From: Phyllobates terribilis | Lineage: Eukaryota | NCBI RefSeq assembly: GCF_046119375.1 | Contig: NW_027362772.1 | Span: 311,488,001 to 311,552,000, forward strand | Reading direction: 5' to 3' | Length of the DNA stretch: 64,000 bases | Shown: positions 13,601 through 26,104 of the stretch, piece after piece | Layout of the letters: each line of letters starts with the position of its first letter | Position numbering within the stretch: position 1 is the stretch's first letter | Program-made: the position numbers and the translations under genes | The notes under the pieces: generated by a model | The model's database searches: none | What the model saw: only the letters and a program-made list of their open reading frames with translations | Told to the model about the DNA's origin: nothing

Positions 13601-14799
13601 TGCCCCGGCGGCCCCGGTCTGGACTGCCCGATGATGATCGACAGCTCCGGGGTTTATTTCAGGAGGGAGGGAATGGGGGGAAACTACATCGGGGGCCTCT
13701 CTCCCCCGGAGGTAAGTGGCGGCTGCGTGCACGATGGCGGCTGCGTGCACGATGGCGGCGGAGGAGACACTAATCGTCCTTCTGCGCAGGAGGAAGAACC
13801 GGACACCAGTAACCTGGACGTGGACCACGAGTATTTCCAGCAGAAGGTCTGGCCGCTCCTGGCACACAGAGTGCCGCTCTTCGAGTCCTTGAAGGTGCGT
13901 CCGGCGGAGGAAACCGTCCACGGGTTCACATCAGCACAATCACTCCCATCATCTCTTTCAGAAGTTGTGAGACTTTAGAATAGACGTCGTTTCAATGTCT
14001 CACCATTTTCCGGCTCTCTGCTTGCTGTCAGTGAATAGATACAGCCGGTTCACTTCCAGGGGCTGGAGCCCCATACACAGGTGGTCTTCTTCTATTCTCC
14101 CAGCTGATAGAATTGTAGCCAAGCTGCTCTGGGTAATCCTGTGACTGCTACATTGTAGCAAACCCGGATTGTCAGCAGTGGGGTCCTGGGGTCAGGACTT
14201 CACTGACAGCAAGCGGAGATCTTCTACAGGACAAGAAACAAAGGGGCCGATTCGTCAGAGTAAAACTTTTTAAACAACTTGCAGACTCGAGAAAACGTTG
14301 TAAGTTTTGGCGCTTTCACACCGACCCCCCGCCATCTGGAGTGGGTGGATTTTATGGGAGGGGGGTGGTCAGGAGCGATGGATTTTGCAGACAAAGCGCC
14401 ATTCTTGATGAATCGGTCACAAAGTAATTAGAAGCTGCAGAACTTCTTTGTGCCATAATTGGGGGCGGCCCTGTCAGCTCCTCCAGGGGTGGCCGCTGCG
14501 GCTCTTCGGGTCGTGCCCTTAGTGACGCGGGGTCTCTCGTGCAGGTGAAGTCGGCCTGGGCCGGGTATTACGACTACAACACGTATGACCAGAACGGCGT
14601 CATCGGCATCCACCCGCTGGTGCAGAACCTTTACTTCGCCTGCGGCTTCAGCGGGCACGGCTTGCAGCAGGCTCCGGCCGTGGGCCGCGCCATCGCAGAG
14701 ATTCTGCACAACGGGCGCTTCACCACACTGGACCTGGAAGCTTTCGGGTTCCAGCGTTTCATCTCCCAACAACCAGTCCTGGAGAGGAACATTGTGTGA
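4634..14799 (+). CDS. FOXRED1: FAD-dependent oxidoreductase domain-containing protein 1 (complex I assembly factor), ~502 aa, 11 exons
   Basis: Exons 4634-4766, 6286-6506, 6858-6968, 9786-9904, 12556-12650, 12722-12823, 13128-13204, 13344-13504, 13582-13711, 13790-13894, 14545-14799. All GT-AG, phases consistent, total 1509 nt. GGGVMG FAD motif, [11 protein letters not shown] motif and a mitochondrial-presequence-like N-terminus. The start ATG at 4634 is the least certain part. Confidence 0.95.
5130..5537 (-). mobile_element. tRNA-derived V-SINE with a tandemly amplified 5' end
   Basis: Minus strand: A box TGGCTCAGTGG, B box GGTTCAAATCC, V-domain-like GTTTGTATGTTCTCCCCGTG; seven copies of a 25-bp unit at 5358-5530. 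Confidence 0.8.
5587..5727. other. Assembly gap (141 N)
   Basis: Run of N. Confidence 1.
7033..9735. repeat. 86/81-bp satellite in FOXRED1 intron 3
   Basis: Unit tacattactgatcctgagttacatcctgtattatactccagagctgcactcactattctgctggtgcagtcactgtgtacatacat; 86-bp periodicity in the ORF track; same family recurs at 36185-48290. Confidence 0.97.
10280..12460. repeat. 52-bp minisatellite in FOXRED1 intron 4
   Basis: Unit gtgggtgtcactcaggatgttggctcctgcagctcccgggaggttgtcgcca, ~42 copies. Confidence 0.97.
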
Positions 14800-15649
14800 G
14801 GTGAGTGCGGGATGGGGGCGCTGGTCCGATGTGCACCCCGGGAATTTCGCTGCAGACCCCCCCCCCCCCCTCACGCGGCTACAGAACCCTGCAATTATCT
14901 TCTCCTGCTCATCCTGAGCCTCTCAGTGCATGAATATAATGTGAGTAGTGCAGTAAAGACTGACAGAGAATTCCTGGCATTGCAGTAATACATAAGGATG
15001 TATATGCCATTCAGGGCATGTGGAAAGCTGGGTGATCCCCACTTTGGGGCTAGTTGGGGGAGGGGTCTATTTTAACCCTTTGCAGTCTTTTTTGATGTTT
15101 CTAAGACTTCTTGTCTCTACAGCGTGGACAGGAGACTGCAGTCGCTGCCTTTTATATCCAGAGCCAAAGAGACAAAGATGGAGGCCGATGGCTTCAGGGA
15201 TTACACCGTCACAAGTGCCCATTAAAGACTTGTATGAATGTGACTTATTGTGCACTCAGCTGCTATCTGCACGTGACCCTATGACAACTCTTCCTGCACC
15301 AATCCCCTGTTGTCATAGTCCTCTGGGCCTTGGTGCAATTGATGTTTTTTTTTTACTTGTGATGGATGTAGTGAAGTCCTTTAGCCCAGAAGAGCTGTCA
15401 TAGGGACTGTCTTCTACATCGAGCTCTACCCTCTATTCGGAATGTATCTGGTGCTGTAGGAGGATCGCTTCTGGTACTTCCCCTTTAAGATACTGATTTC
15501 CAGCAGATACAATATATTTTTATCATTATCGGATCCTCTGTGTGATCGGCTTATTCCAGGGATCCCGTCCTCTCTGGGATCTAATAATCTACTTCCGCTG
15601 CGGGATCAATGAGCTGAGGATCTGTGGCTCTGCACAGCCGCTCAGGAGT

Positions 15650-17215
15650 ATATAGAGGGGGGGGCTCTGGAGTATATTGGTGGGGGGGGGGGGCGGCGGC
15701 CCACGAGTATATCGGCGGTGGTGGTGGCGGCGGTGATATACTCCCGAGCCCTCCCCACCACCACCGCCGATATACTCGTGGGCCGCCGCCCCCACCACCG
15801 CCGATATACTCGTGGGCCGCCGCGGCCCACGAGTATATCGGCGGCGGTGGTGGGGAGGGCTTGGGAGTATATCATCGGCGGCAGCGGTGGTGGGGAGGGC
15901 TCGGGAGTATATCATCGGCGGCAGCGGTGGTGGGGAGGGCTCGGGAGTATATCATCGGCGGCAGCGGTGGTGGGGAGGGCTCGGGAGTATATCATCGGCG
16001 GCAGCGGTGGTGGGGAGGGCTCGGGAGTATATCATCGGCGGCAGCGGTGGTGGGGAGGGCTCGGGAGTATATCATCGGCGGCAGCGGTGGTGGGGAGGGC
16101 TCGGGAGTATATCATCGGCGGTGGTGGGGAGGGCTCGGGAGTATATCATCGGCGGCAGCGGTGGTGGGGAGGGCTCGGGAGTATATCATCGGCAGCAGCG
16201 GTGGTGGGGAGGGCTCGGGAGTATATCATCGGCGGCAGCGGTGGTGGGGAGGGCTCGGGAGTATATCATCGGCGGTGGTGGGGAGGGCTCGGGAGTATAT
16301 CATCGGCGGCAGCGGTGGTGGGGAGGGCTCGGGAGTATATCATCGGCGGCAGCGGTGGTGGGGAGGGCTCGGGAGTATATCATCGGCGGTGGTGGGGAGG
16401 GCTCGGGAGTATATCATCGGCGGTGGTGGGGAGGGCTCGGGAGTATATCTGAGGTGGGGAGGGCTCGGGAGTATATCATCGGCGGCAGCGGTGGTGGGGA
16501 GGGCTCGGGAGTATATCATCGGCAGCAGCGGTGGTGGGGAGGGCTCGGGAGTATATCATCGGCGGCAGCGGTGGTGGGGAGGGCTCGGGAGTATATCATC
16601 GGCGGCGGCGGGGAGGGCTCGGGAGTATATCATCGGCGGCAGCGGTGGTGGGGAGGGCTCGGGAGTATATCATCGGCGGCAGCGGTGGTGGGGAGGGCTC
16701 GGGAGTATATCATCGGCGGCGGCGGGGAGGGCTCGGGAGTATATCGGCGGCGGCGGGGAGGGCTCGGGAGTATATCGGCGGTGGTGGTGGGGAGGGCTCG
16801 GGAGTATATCGGTGGTGGGGAGGGGCTCGGGAGTATATCGGTGGTGGGGAGGGGCTCGGGAGTATATCGGTGGTGGGGAGGGGCTCGGGAGTATATCGGT
16901 GGTGGGGAGGGGCTCGGGAGTATATCGGTGGTGGGGAGGGGCTCGGGAGTATATCGGTGGTGGGGAGGGGCGCGGGAGTATATCGGTGGTGGGGAGGGGC
17001 TCGGGAGTATATCGGCGGCGGCGGGGAGGGCTCGGGAGTATATCGGTGGTGGGGAGGGCTCGGGAGTATATCATCGGCGGCAGCGGTGGTGGGGAGGGCT
17101 CGGGAGTATATCGGCGGTGGTGGGGAGGGCTCGGGAGTATATCGGCGGTGGTGGTGGGGAGGGCTCGGGAGTACATTGGCGGCGGCAGTGGGGAGGGCTC
17201 GGGAGTACATCGGGG
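15650..17215. repeat. G-rich ~30-40-bp minisatellite between the FOXRED1 and photolyase 3' ends
   Basis: Unit ggtggtggggagggctcgggagtatatcatcggcggcagc; inverted copies at the left end. Confidence 0.95.
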
Positions 17216-18228
17216 GGAGCCAGGCCGCTGCTTTCTACTATATTTTGTGAGGTAGCACCTCGCCTTTTATCAGATCTCTGCTTCCCGTCAGTGAATGGAA
17301 ACAGGTTAGTGTCTGAGATCTGAACATCTCACAGCTGAAGATTTGTTACTATTGGATCCGCTCTAGACAATCTCTTGGGACCTTGCACATCTGCAGTCCT
17401 GGTGGTTGTTACAGTGTGTCAGCGCAGAGTCCCTGATGGCCTGGATACAACTGAAGCAAACCCTCAGCTGTGAGCATTAGCTCTCACTAGGTACAATATC
17501 CTGCACCCTGCCGGGCTCTGACCGCAGCCGGCGCCGTTCTTCTTACTCGGAAGTAAAAATCATTTTACTGAACATTAAATTAACTTTTTATTTTAAAAAA
17601 ATTGTAACAAAAAAAATTTTTTCAAAAGAAAATGGAATTTTCCCTTTCACCGATTCGTCACTTATGGGGTCTTTAAGTCATTTGTGCCTTTTCTTGTTTC
17701 ATTTTTTTGGTGTTTTTCACCTGTTTTACGCGGTCGCCATTGTATGTGAAGTTCAGAGCTGATGAATATTGACTGATGCCTTAATTGTAACGATAAAAAA
17801 GTTGCTAAATTTCTGCACAAATGTCCCCCAGCGATTTTTCTTATGAATTACTGAGCCTTTTTTGTACAAGTTTTTTATGACATTTTTAGCAGAACATGGA
17901 AACGTTTGAGCGAAAAAGTTGCACAAAAGCGTTAAAAGAACCTAAAAAGGTGAGGAAAGGGTTAATACAGTTATGAGAATGGGATCCCCACACTCCGGAT
18001 CCACCGAGTCCATTACCAGCACCGCCGTTCCCAGGACCCTCCATCAGCACAGGGGTTGGGACCCCCCCAATAAACACCATAATAAGATGCAGAACGTTAC
18101 TTTGTATCCACCGTGCGGAGCCAATAATGGCTGTCACTGCCCCCGGGGGGGCCGCACATCCGGCCGCTGCGACTCCGCTCTATGTTCTCGGGGCCGCGAG
18201 GTTCGCCGCACCTCGTTCCAGCTCCTCG

Positions 18229-21200
18229 TCACTTCTTTTTGAAGAACTCGGCCACAGACGTCGTCCTCTTCACCCCTGCAAGGAAGGATCCATATCACAT
18301 CTACTGCTACCAAACTACAACTCCCAGCGTGTGCGGGGGAATATGGGGGTTGTACTTTGGTAGCAGCTGCCGGCCTCACCTCGGAGATTTCTGCCATCAC
18401 AAGTCACTTCTGTGAATGTAAAGGGGTCTTATACAAATAAAGTGCAACAACTTTCTCCGAGACTGAACCCCCCGCTGCTTGCTGTCAGTGAATGTGCACA
18501 GTGTTACCTTGACTCATGTCCAACCCGTACATGTGCATTAGCGGCGATACACTGTAACAAACCTGCAGATCTAGGGCCGTGCGGTCCTTCATGCTCTGAA
18601 TGTTGCCCTTCACTGACAGCAAGCACAGATATTACAATGGCTAGGAAGCAGAGTCACCGCCACCACTGATGACTTGTAATGTGGAGATGCCCCTTTAAAT
18701 GTACATATGGGCGTTGAACAGAGCTGCAGCTCCGTTTCTGTGTGTCAGTTTCCGGATGATAGAAACCTGTGTGCGCACCGACGCCAGACTGAACTTGTAC
18801 ACAGCAGGCAGTCGAAACAAGCAGAGCTGCAGTGTAAAGCATGAGGGAGTGAGACCCCCCACCAGTCGTGCAGCAGTGCTGGAGTCGCCCATGTTTTCCA
18901 TCTGTCACCCTGACGCTGTTCTCACCCTTGCTGGGGCTTTGTGGCCCGTCCGTCCCGCCGCTCCCCGACCTCCGGGCGTACGCCGCCTTCATGCGCTGGA
19001 TGTTTCGCTTGCTCACGGTCTCGTGCTCCACGATGGGCTTGGGGTAGTCCTGTCCGATGATGCAGCCGGCGCGCTCCTGCACGCTGCGGGGGGATTTCCA
19101 CGGCTCGTATATGTACTCGGGTGGGAACTTCTTTAATATCGGCAAATATTTCCTGCAGGACGGGAGCTGGAAAGTGATCAGCGGCTCCACGAACCCCCCA
19201 CAATGGACCCGGCCCCAGCAGGGGGCGCCCCTCAGTGCCCGCTCGCCCGCCTTACAAATGCTCAGCAGCTGATGGGCAAAGGTGGAGGATTTGCGGTAAA
19301 ACTGCTGGAACAATTCGAGCGTTTTTACTTGTATTTTTTTCCCATTCTGTTGAATCGCATTCACTGATGTTATTGGAAAGTGCAGCGGCTTTTATCATTG
19401 AAAATCATGCAGCGTGTGAACGAGCCCTGAAAGGGACGTTCCAGTTTGATGTGACTATTGAGAGTGCTCTACACTGACAGGCAGCAGAGGTCTTACTGGT
19501 AAGAAGCAGCGGTCCTTCCCAGTGCCGGAGGCGTCTAATCCGATGATTCGGCACTCACTTTATGTAATCTCCGTTTTTGTCGGTTTTCTTCCCAAACGCC
19601 ACCGGGGAGTAAATGCGGAAGAAGCGGTGGAAGAAGGCGCTGGCGGAGAGCCACAGCCAGTTCCCGGCATTCAGCGACCAGTCCGCGTCCAGCAGCAGCT
19701 CCTCAAAAACCTGCGGGTGGAGAACACGGCGTCAGCGGCCCTCCCGCTCCGCCCATCAGATCACCCACACGGCCGCCATCTCTCTGACCTTCTGACCTTC
19801 CTCCCACGATATCCACAGATCTCCACGGGTCAGGAAACAGGCGACGGCGTGCCGAGCAAGATGGTGGATCCAGCCCTCCGTCCTCAGCTGCGTCATGATG
19901 GCGTCTATGAAGGGGAAACCAGTCCTGGCCTGAGGGAGGTCAGACACGGTCATCACCCAGCGGCCTGAACACATGAGCTGACACTCTACAGCACATAGAT
20001 GAACGGACACCGGGGAATTGGTCACCGGGCCGTACTTATGTGTTGGTATCAGCCTGTATTAGGCAATGCTGGGGGTAGTAGTTCTACCACATCTGGAGAC
20101 CACAGGAGGCAGATCAGTGTGACAGCCTGCAATTAGGCATGAACCAGCAGCGCCATCCCCCTCCTCCCCCACATCACTCACTTCGCTCCAGGCTTCCAGA
20201 TATTCCTTGTTCTCATCCCAATCCACCTGCACACACACAGAGTTTCCCACCATCTTGTCAAAGTTGGGTGTCCCTGCCCCCGCTATGTAGTAGAACTCGC
20301 GCCACAGAAGCTGACCGTGGAGTGACACCGGCGGAGACGAGTGCTTCTTCTGCAGAAGGAGAAATGGTTAAGAGGCTGCAGAAAGGAGAGCGCGAGGCGG
20401 CAGAAAGGAGGGAGGGAGCGAGGCGGCAGAAGGGAAAGGGAAGCGAAGGAGGGAGGGAGCGAGGCGGCAGAAGGGAAGGAAGGAGCGAGGCGGCAGAAGG
20501 GAAGAGAAGGAGGGAGCGAGGCGACAGAAGGGAAGGAAGGAGCGAGGCGGCAGAAGGGAAGAGAAGGAGGGAGCGAGGCGGCAGAAGGGAAGGAAGGAGC
20601 GAGGGAGGGAGCGAGGCGGCAGAAGGGAAGCGAGGGAGGGAGAAAGGCGGCAGAAGGGAAGCGAGGGAGGGAGCGAGGCGGCAGAAGGGAAGCGAAGGAG
20701 GGAGCGAAGCGGCAGAAGGGAAGCGAAGGAGGGAGCGAGGAGGCAGAAGGGAAGCGAAGGAGGGAGCGAGGCGGCAGGAGGGAGCGAGGCAGCAGAAGGG
20801 AAGCGAAGGAGGGAGTGAGCGAGGCAGAAGGGAAGCGAAGGAGGGAGCGAGGCGGCAGAAGGGAAGCGAAGGAGGGAGCGAGGCGGCAGAAGGGAAGCGA
20901 AGGAGGGAGCGAGGCGGCAGAAGGGAAGCGAAGGAGGGAGCGAGGCGGCAGAAGGGAAGCGAAGGAGGGAGCGAGGCGGCAGAAGGGAAGCGAAGGAGGG
21001 AGCGAGGCGGCAGAAGGGAAGCGAAGGAGGGAGAGAGCGAGGCGGCAGAAGGGAAGCGAAGGAGGGAGAGAGCGAGGCGGCAGAAGAGAAAGGGAAGCGA
21101 AGGAGGGAGGGAGCGAGGCGGCAGAAGAGAAAGGGAAGCGAAGGAGGGAGGGAGCGAGGCGGCAGAAGGAAAGCGAAGGAGGGAGGGAGAGGCGGCAGAA

Positions 21201-24200
21201 GGAAAGCGAAGGAGGGAGGGAGAGGCAGCAGAAGGAAAGTGAAGGGGGGAGGGAGAGGCGGCAGAAGGAAAGTGAAGGGGGGAGGGAGAGGCGGCAGAAG
21301 GAAAGTGAAGGGGGGAGGGAGCGAGACGGCAGAAGGGAAGTGAAGGAGGGAGCGAGGCGGAAGAAAAGAAGGAGGGAGTGAGGTGGAAGAAAAGGAGGGA
21401 GGGAGCGAGGCGTCAGGAGGGAGGGAGCGAGGTGACAGAGGGAAGGGTGATGGAAGTGTCCTGCATTCCCCCAAACCCATGAAGTGAATATAGAGATGAC
21501 TTGTCCAGAAGGCATCTTCTCACCCCGTGGTAGATCTCCACCAGTCTCCAGTAGAAGACCCGTGCAGACAGACACCCAAACTTCACATAGGGGCTCAGCA
21601 CCGTCGTACTGGGGCTCAGACTGTTGGGTTCAGTGTCCGGTTTCTTGAAGTTACACACCCAGACCTGAGAGCAGGAAACAACCAATCAGCAATCGGCTTA
21701 TGACTGCTCCGATCGCCGCAGACGTCTCCTCACCGTCCTCCGCATGTGCAGGTCCAGCCGCCGCAGGGCCTCGCTCTCTCCCCCGGGGTACAGGTGAGGT
21801 CCCAGCTTGCTGGGGTCTTGTCCCAGCTCTTGTAATGTGGGAATCCCATATATCTCCTCGTATGACATCTTCCATGGTGTGCGGCAATCTAGAAAGAACC
21901 AGGTAGTGATGAGCCCATCCCCCTCACAGGCTCTGATCACTGCCCGAGCCGCACGGAGACCCTCCGTCTGCACCTCTCGTGTTTTCTTCAGTAGGTGCTG
22001 GACACGGACGCTTCGGAGCACCGATGGAGGACAGGACGGTTTGCAGGCGGACGTAGGTTAGAGGGGGCTTGCCATTGTTTTCAGCAATCACTCTGCAGGA
22101 CGAAGAAAGAAGGTGGCAAATATGACCGGACAGAAGGAACAGAGATAATGGTCCGCACGGTATAGGGGCTGCCCCCCGGCACCCGCCTGTCCACATCGTA
22201 CAGGGGCTGCCCCCCCCGCACCCACCTGTCCACATCGTACAGGGGCCGCCTCTTCACACCCGCCTGTCCACATCGTAAAGGGGCCGCCCCCCGGGCACCC
22301 ACCTGTCCACATCGTACAGGGGCCGCCTCTCCACACCCGCCTGTCCACATCGTACAGGGGCCGCCTCTCCACACCCGCCTGTCCACATCGTACAGGGGCC
22401 GCCTCTTCACACCCGCCTGTCCGCATCGTACAGGAGCCGCCTCTCCACACCCGCCTGTCCACATCGTACAGGGGCCGCCTCTCCACACCCGCCTGTCCAC
22501 ATCGTACAGGGGCCGCCTCTTCACACCCGCCTGTCCACATCGTACAGGGGCCGCCTCCCCACACCCGCCTGTCCACATCGTACAGGGGCCGCCTCTTCAC
22601 ACCCGCCTGTCCGCATCGTACAGGGGCCGCCTCTCCACACCCGCCTGTCCACATCGTAAAGGGGCCGCCCCCCCGGCACCCACCTGTCCACATCGTAAAG
22701 GGGCCGCCCCCCCGGCACCCACCTGTCCACATCGTACAGGGGCCGCCTCTCCACACCCGCCTGTCCACATCGTAAAGGGGCCGCCCCCCCGGCACCCACC
22801 TGTCCACATCGTAAAGGGGCCGCCCCCCCGGCACCCGCCTGTCCACATCGTACAGGGGCCGCCTCCCCACACCCGCCTGTCCACATCGTACAGGGGCCGC
22901 CTCTTCACACCCGCCTGTCCACAACGTAAAGGGGCCGCCCCCCCGGCACCCACCTGTCCACATCGTACAGGGGCCGCCTCTGCACACCCGCCTTTCCACA
23001 TCGTACAGGGGCCGCCCCCCCGGCACCCACCTGTCCACATCGTACAGGGGCCGCCTCTCCACACCCGCCTGTCCACATCGTACAGGGGCCGCCTCTCCAC
23101 ACCCGCCTGTCCACATCGTACAGGGGCCGCCTCCCCACACCCGCCTGTCCACATCGTACAGGGGCCGCCTCCCCACACCCGCCTGTCCACATCGTACAGG
23201 GGCCGCCTCTTCACACCTGCCTGTCCACAACGTAAAGGGGCCGCCCCCCCGGCAACCACCTGTCCACATCGTACAGGGGCCGCCTCTCCACACCCGCCTG
23301 TCCACATCGTACAGGGGCTGCCCCCCCCGCACCCACCTGTCCACATCGTACAGGGGCCGCCCCCCCGGCACCCACCTGTCCACATCGTACAGGGGCCGCC
23401 TCTCCACACCCGCCTGTCCACATCGTACAGGGGCCGCCTCTCCACACCCGCCTGTACACATCTTACAGGGGCCGCCTCTTCACACCCGCCTGTACACATC
23501 TTACAGGGGCCGCCCCCCCGGCACCCACCTGTCCACATCGTACAGGGGCCACCTCCCCACACCCGCCTGTCCACATCGTACAGGGGCCGCCACCCCACAC
23601 CCGCCTGTCCACATCGTACAGGGGCCGCCTCCCCACACCCGCCTGTCCACATCGTACAGGGGCTGCCTCTTCACACCCACCTGTCCACATTGTACAGGGG
23701 CCGCCCCCCCTGCACCCGCCTGTCCACATCGTACAGGGGCCGCCTCTCCACACCCACCTGTCCACATCGTACAGGGGCCGCCCCCCCGGCACCCGCCTGT
23801 CCACATCGTACAGGGGCCGCCTCTTCACACCCACCTGTCCACATTGTACAGGGGCCGTCCCCCCTGCACCCGCCTGTCCACATCGTACATGGGCCGCCTC
23901 TCCACACCCGCCTGTCCACATCGTAAAGGGGCCGCCCCCCCGGCACCCACCTGTCCACATCGTACAGGGGCCGCCTCTCCACACCCGCCTGTCCACATCG
24001 TACAGGGGCTGCCCCCCCTCACCCACCTGTCCGCACGGTACAGGGGCTGCTCCCCCGCACCCGCCTGTCCGCACGGTACGGGGGCTGCTCCCCCGCACCC
24101 GCCTGTCCGCACGGTACAGGGGCCACCTCCCCGCACCCGCCTATCCGCACGGTACAGGGGCCGCCCACCCGCACCCGCCAGTCCGCACGGTACAGGGGCC

Positions 24201-26066
24201 GCACCCGCCTGTCCGCATCATACAGGGGCCACCCCCCCGCACCCGCCTGTCCGCATGTTACAGGGGCCGCCCCCCCGCACCCGCCTGTCCGCATGGTACA
24301 GGGGCCGCCCCCCCGCACCCGCCTGTCCGCATGGTACAGGGGCCGCCCCCCGCACCCACCTATCCGCATGGTACAGGGGCCGCCCCCCGCACCCACCTAT
24401 CCGCACGGTACAGGGGCCGCACCCGCCTGTCCGCATCATACAGGGGCCACCCGCCTGTTCGCATCATACAGGGGCCGACCCCCCGCACCCGCCTGTCCGC
24501 ACGGTACAGGGGCCGCCCCCACCTGTCCGCACGGTACAGGGGCCGCCCCCCGCACCCGCCTGTCCGCACGGTACAGGGGCCGCCCCCCCGCACCCGCCTG
24601 TCCGCACGGTACAGGGGCCGCGCCCCGCACCCGCCTGTCCGCACGGTACAGGGGCCGCGCCCCGCACCCGCCTGTCCGCACGGTACAGGGGCCGCGCCCC
24701 GCACCCGCCTGTCCGCACGGTACAGGGGCCGCGCCCCGCACCCACCTGTCCGCAACATACAGAGGCCGCCCCCCTGCACCCACCTGTCCGCATCGTACAG
24801 GGGCTGCTCCCCGGCACCCACCTGTCCATATTGTACAGGGGTCGCCCCCCCCCCCCGATCCACCTGTCCACGTCATACACGGGCCGCCCCCCTGCATCCA
24901 CCTGTCCACGTCATATAGTGTCCGTCCCTCCCACACCCATATGTCCGCACGGTACAGGGGCCGCCCCCCCCCCCAGCACCAGCCTGTCCGCACGGTACAG
25001 GGGCCGCCCCCCCTCCGCACCCACCTGTCTACATCGTACAGGGGCAGCCGCACCCACCTGTCCACGTCGTACAGAGGCCGTCCCCCCGCATCCGCCTGTC
25101 CGCACGGTACAGGGGCCGCCCCCCCCCCCGCACCCGCCTGTCTGCACGGTACAGGGCCGCCCCCCCCACACCCACCTGTCCGCACGGTACAGGGCCGCCC
25201 CCCCGCACCCAATTGTCCGCATGGTACAGGGGCCGCCCCCCCTCCGCACCCACCTGTCTACATCGTACAGGGGCAGCCACACCCACCTGTCCATGTCGTA
25301 CAGAGGCCGTCCCCCCGCATCCGCCTGTCCGCACGGTACAGGGGCCGCCCCCCCCCGCACCCGCCTGTCCGCACGGTACAGGGGCCGCCCCCCCCCCACC
25401 CGCCTGTCCGCACGGTACAGGGCCGCCCCCCCCACACCCGCCTGTCCGCACGGTACAGGGCCGCCCCCCCGCACCCAACTGTCCGCACGGTACAGGGCCG
25501 CCCCCCCGCATCCACCTGTCCACGTCATATAGGGGCTATCCCTCCCGCACCCACCTGTCCACGTCATACAGGGTGTTGGACACCTTCTGGATGACCTCCA
25601 CGTTGTGCTCGGCGGCCAGCTTCTCCACCTCGGCATCCCGCTGCCTTGCGTACGGCTCGGTGTCCACCTCGAATGTCAGACGCGTCACCTTCCACTTCCT
25701 GAAAAGCTGCGGGAAAACTTCTGCTGGTTTCCCTCGTACCACAAACAACCTGCACAGAAGTAATGAGCCCCCATGAGGCATAAGCTCCGCCCAGGAGAAG
25801 CCCCCGCTAGAGGGGCCACAGTGTAACCCCAGGGCCCCTTCTTACCTGGAGTTGATCCTCTTCAGGTTCTCGTCCAGATCTCGCAGGGACTCGATGAGGA
25901 ATCTCCAGCGGTTCACACTGACCTTCATGTTCTTAGGGAACCAGGGATCCAGAATGAAGATGGGCAGCAGCTGCTCGCAGTCCCTGATGGCGGCCAGCAG
26001 CGCCGGGTTATCATGGAGGCGCAGCCCCTTCCTGAACCAGTGGATGGAGCAGTGCGGAGGCGGCAT
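18229..26066 (-). CDS. cry5: (6-4) DNA photolyase (cry5 / 6-4 phr), ~521 aa, 10 coding exons
   Basis: Exons 26066-25846, 25749-25555, 22092-21974, 21888-21734, 21664-21524, 20349-20182, 19929-19789, 19710-19559, 19152-18926, 18275-18229. All GT-AG, total 1566 nt. Motifs [48 protein letters not shown]; short C-terminus SVAEFFKKK*. Closely follows Xenopus (6-4) photolyase as I recall it ([21 protein letters not shown], [14 protein letters not shown]). Confidence 0.93.
20390..21420. repeat. ~31-bp purine-rich minisatellite in photolyase intron 5
   Basis: Unit gaggcggcagaagggaagcgaaggagggagc (pyrimidine-rich on the coding strand). Confidence 0.95.
22160..25560. repeat. ~38-bp minisatellite filling photolyase intron 2, derived from the exon 2 end plus its 5' splice site
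   Basis: Unit cctgtccacatcgtacaggggccgcctctccacacccg; minus strand reads CTGTACGATGTGGACAG|G(T/C)GGGT versus the real junction CTGTATGACGTGGACAG|GTGGGT. Confidence 0.93.
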
Positions 26067-26104
26067 GGTGCTGCACAGAGACGAGGAGGAGAAATGCAGT
26101 CAGT

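Noticed and set aside
18229-26066. Circadian CRY1/CRY2 or CRY4
   Set aside because: There is no long CRY tail, and the diagnostic stretches and SVAEFFKKK end follow Xenopus (6-4) photolyase; a phylogeny would settle it.
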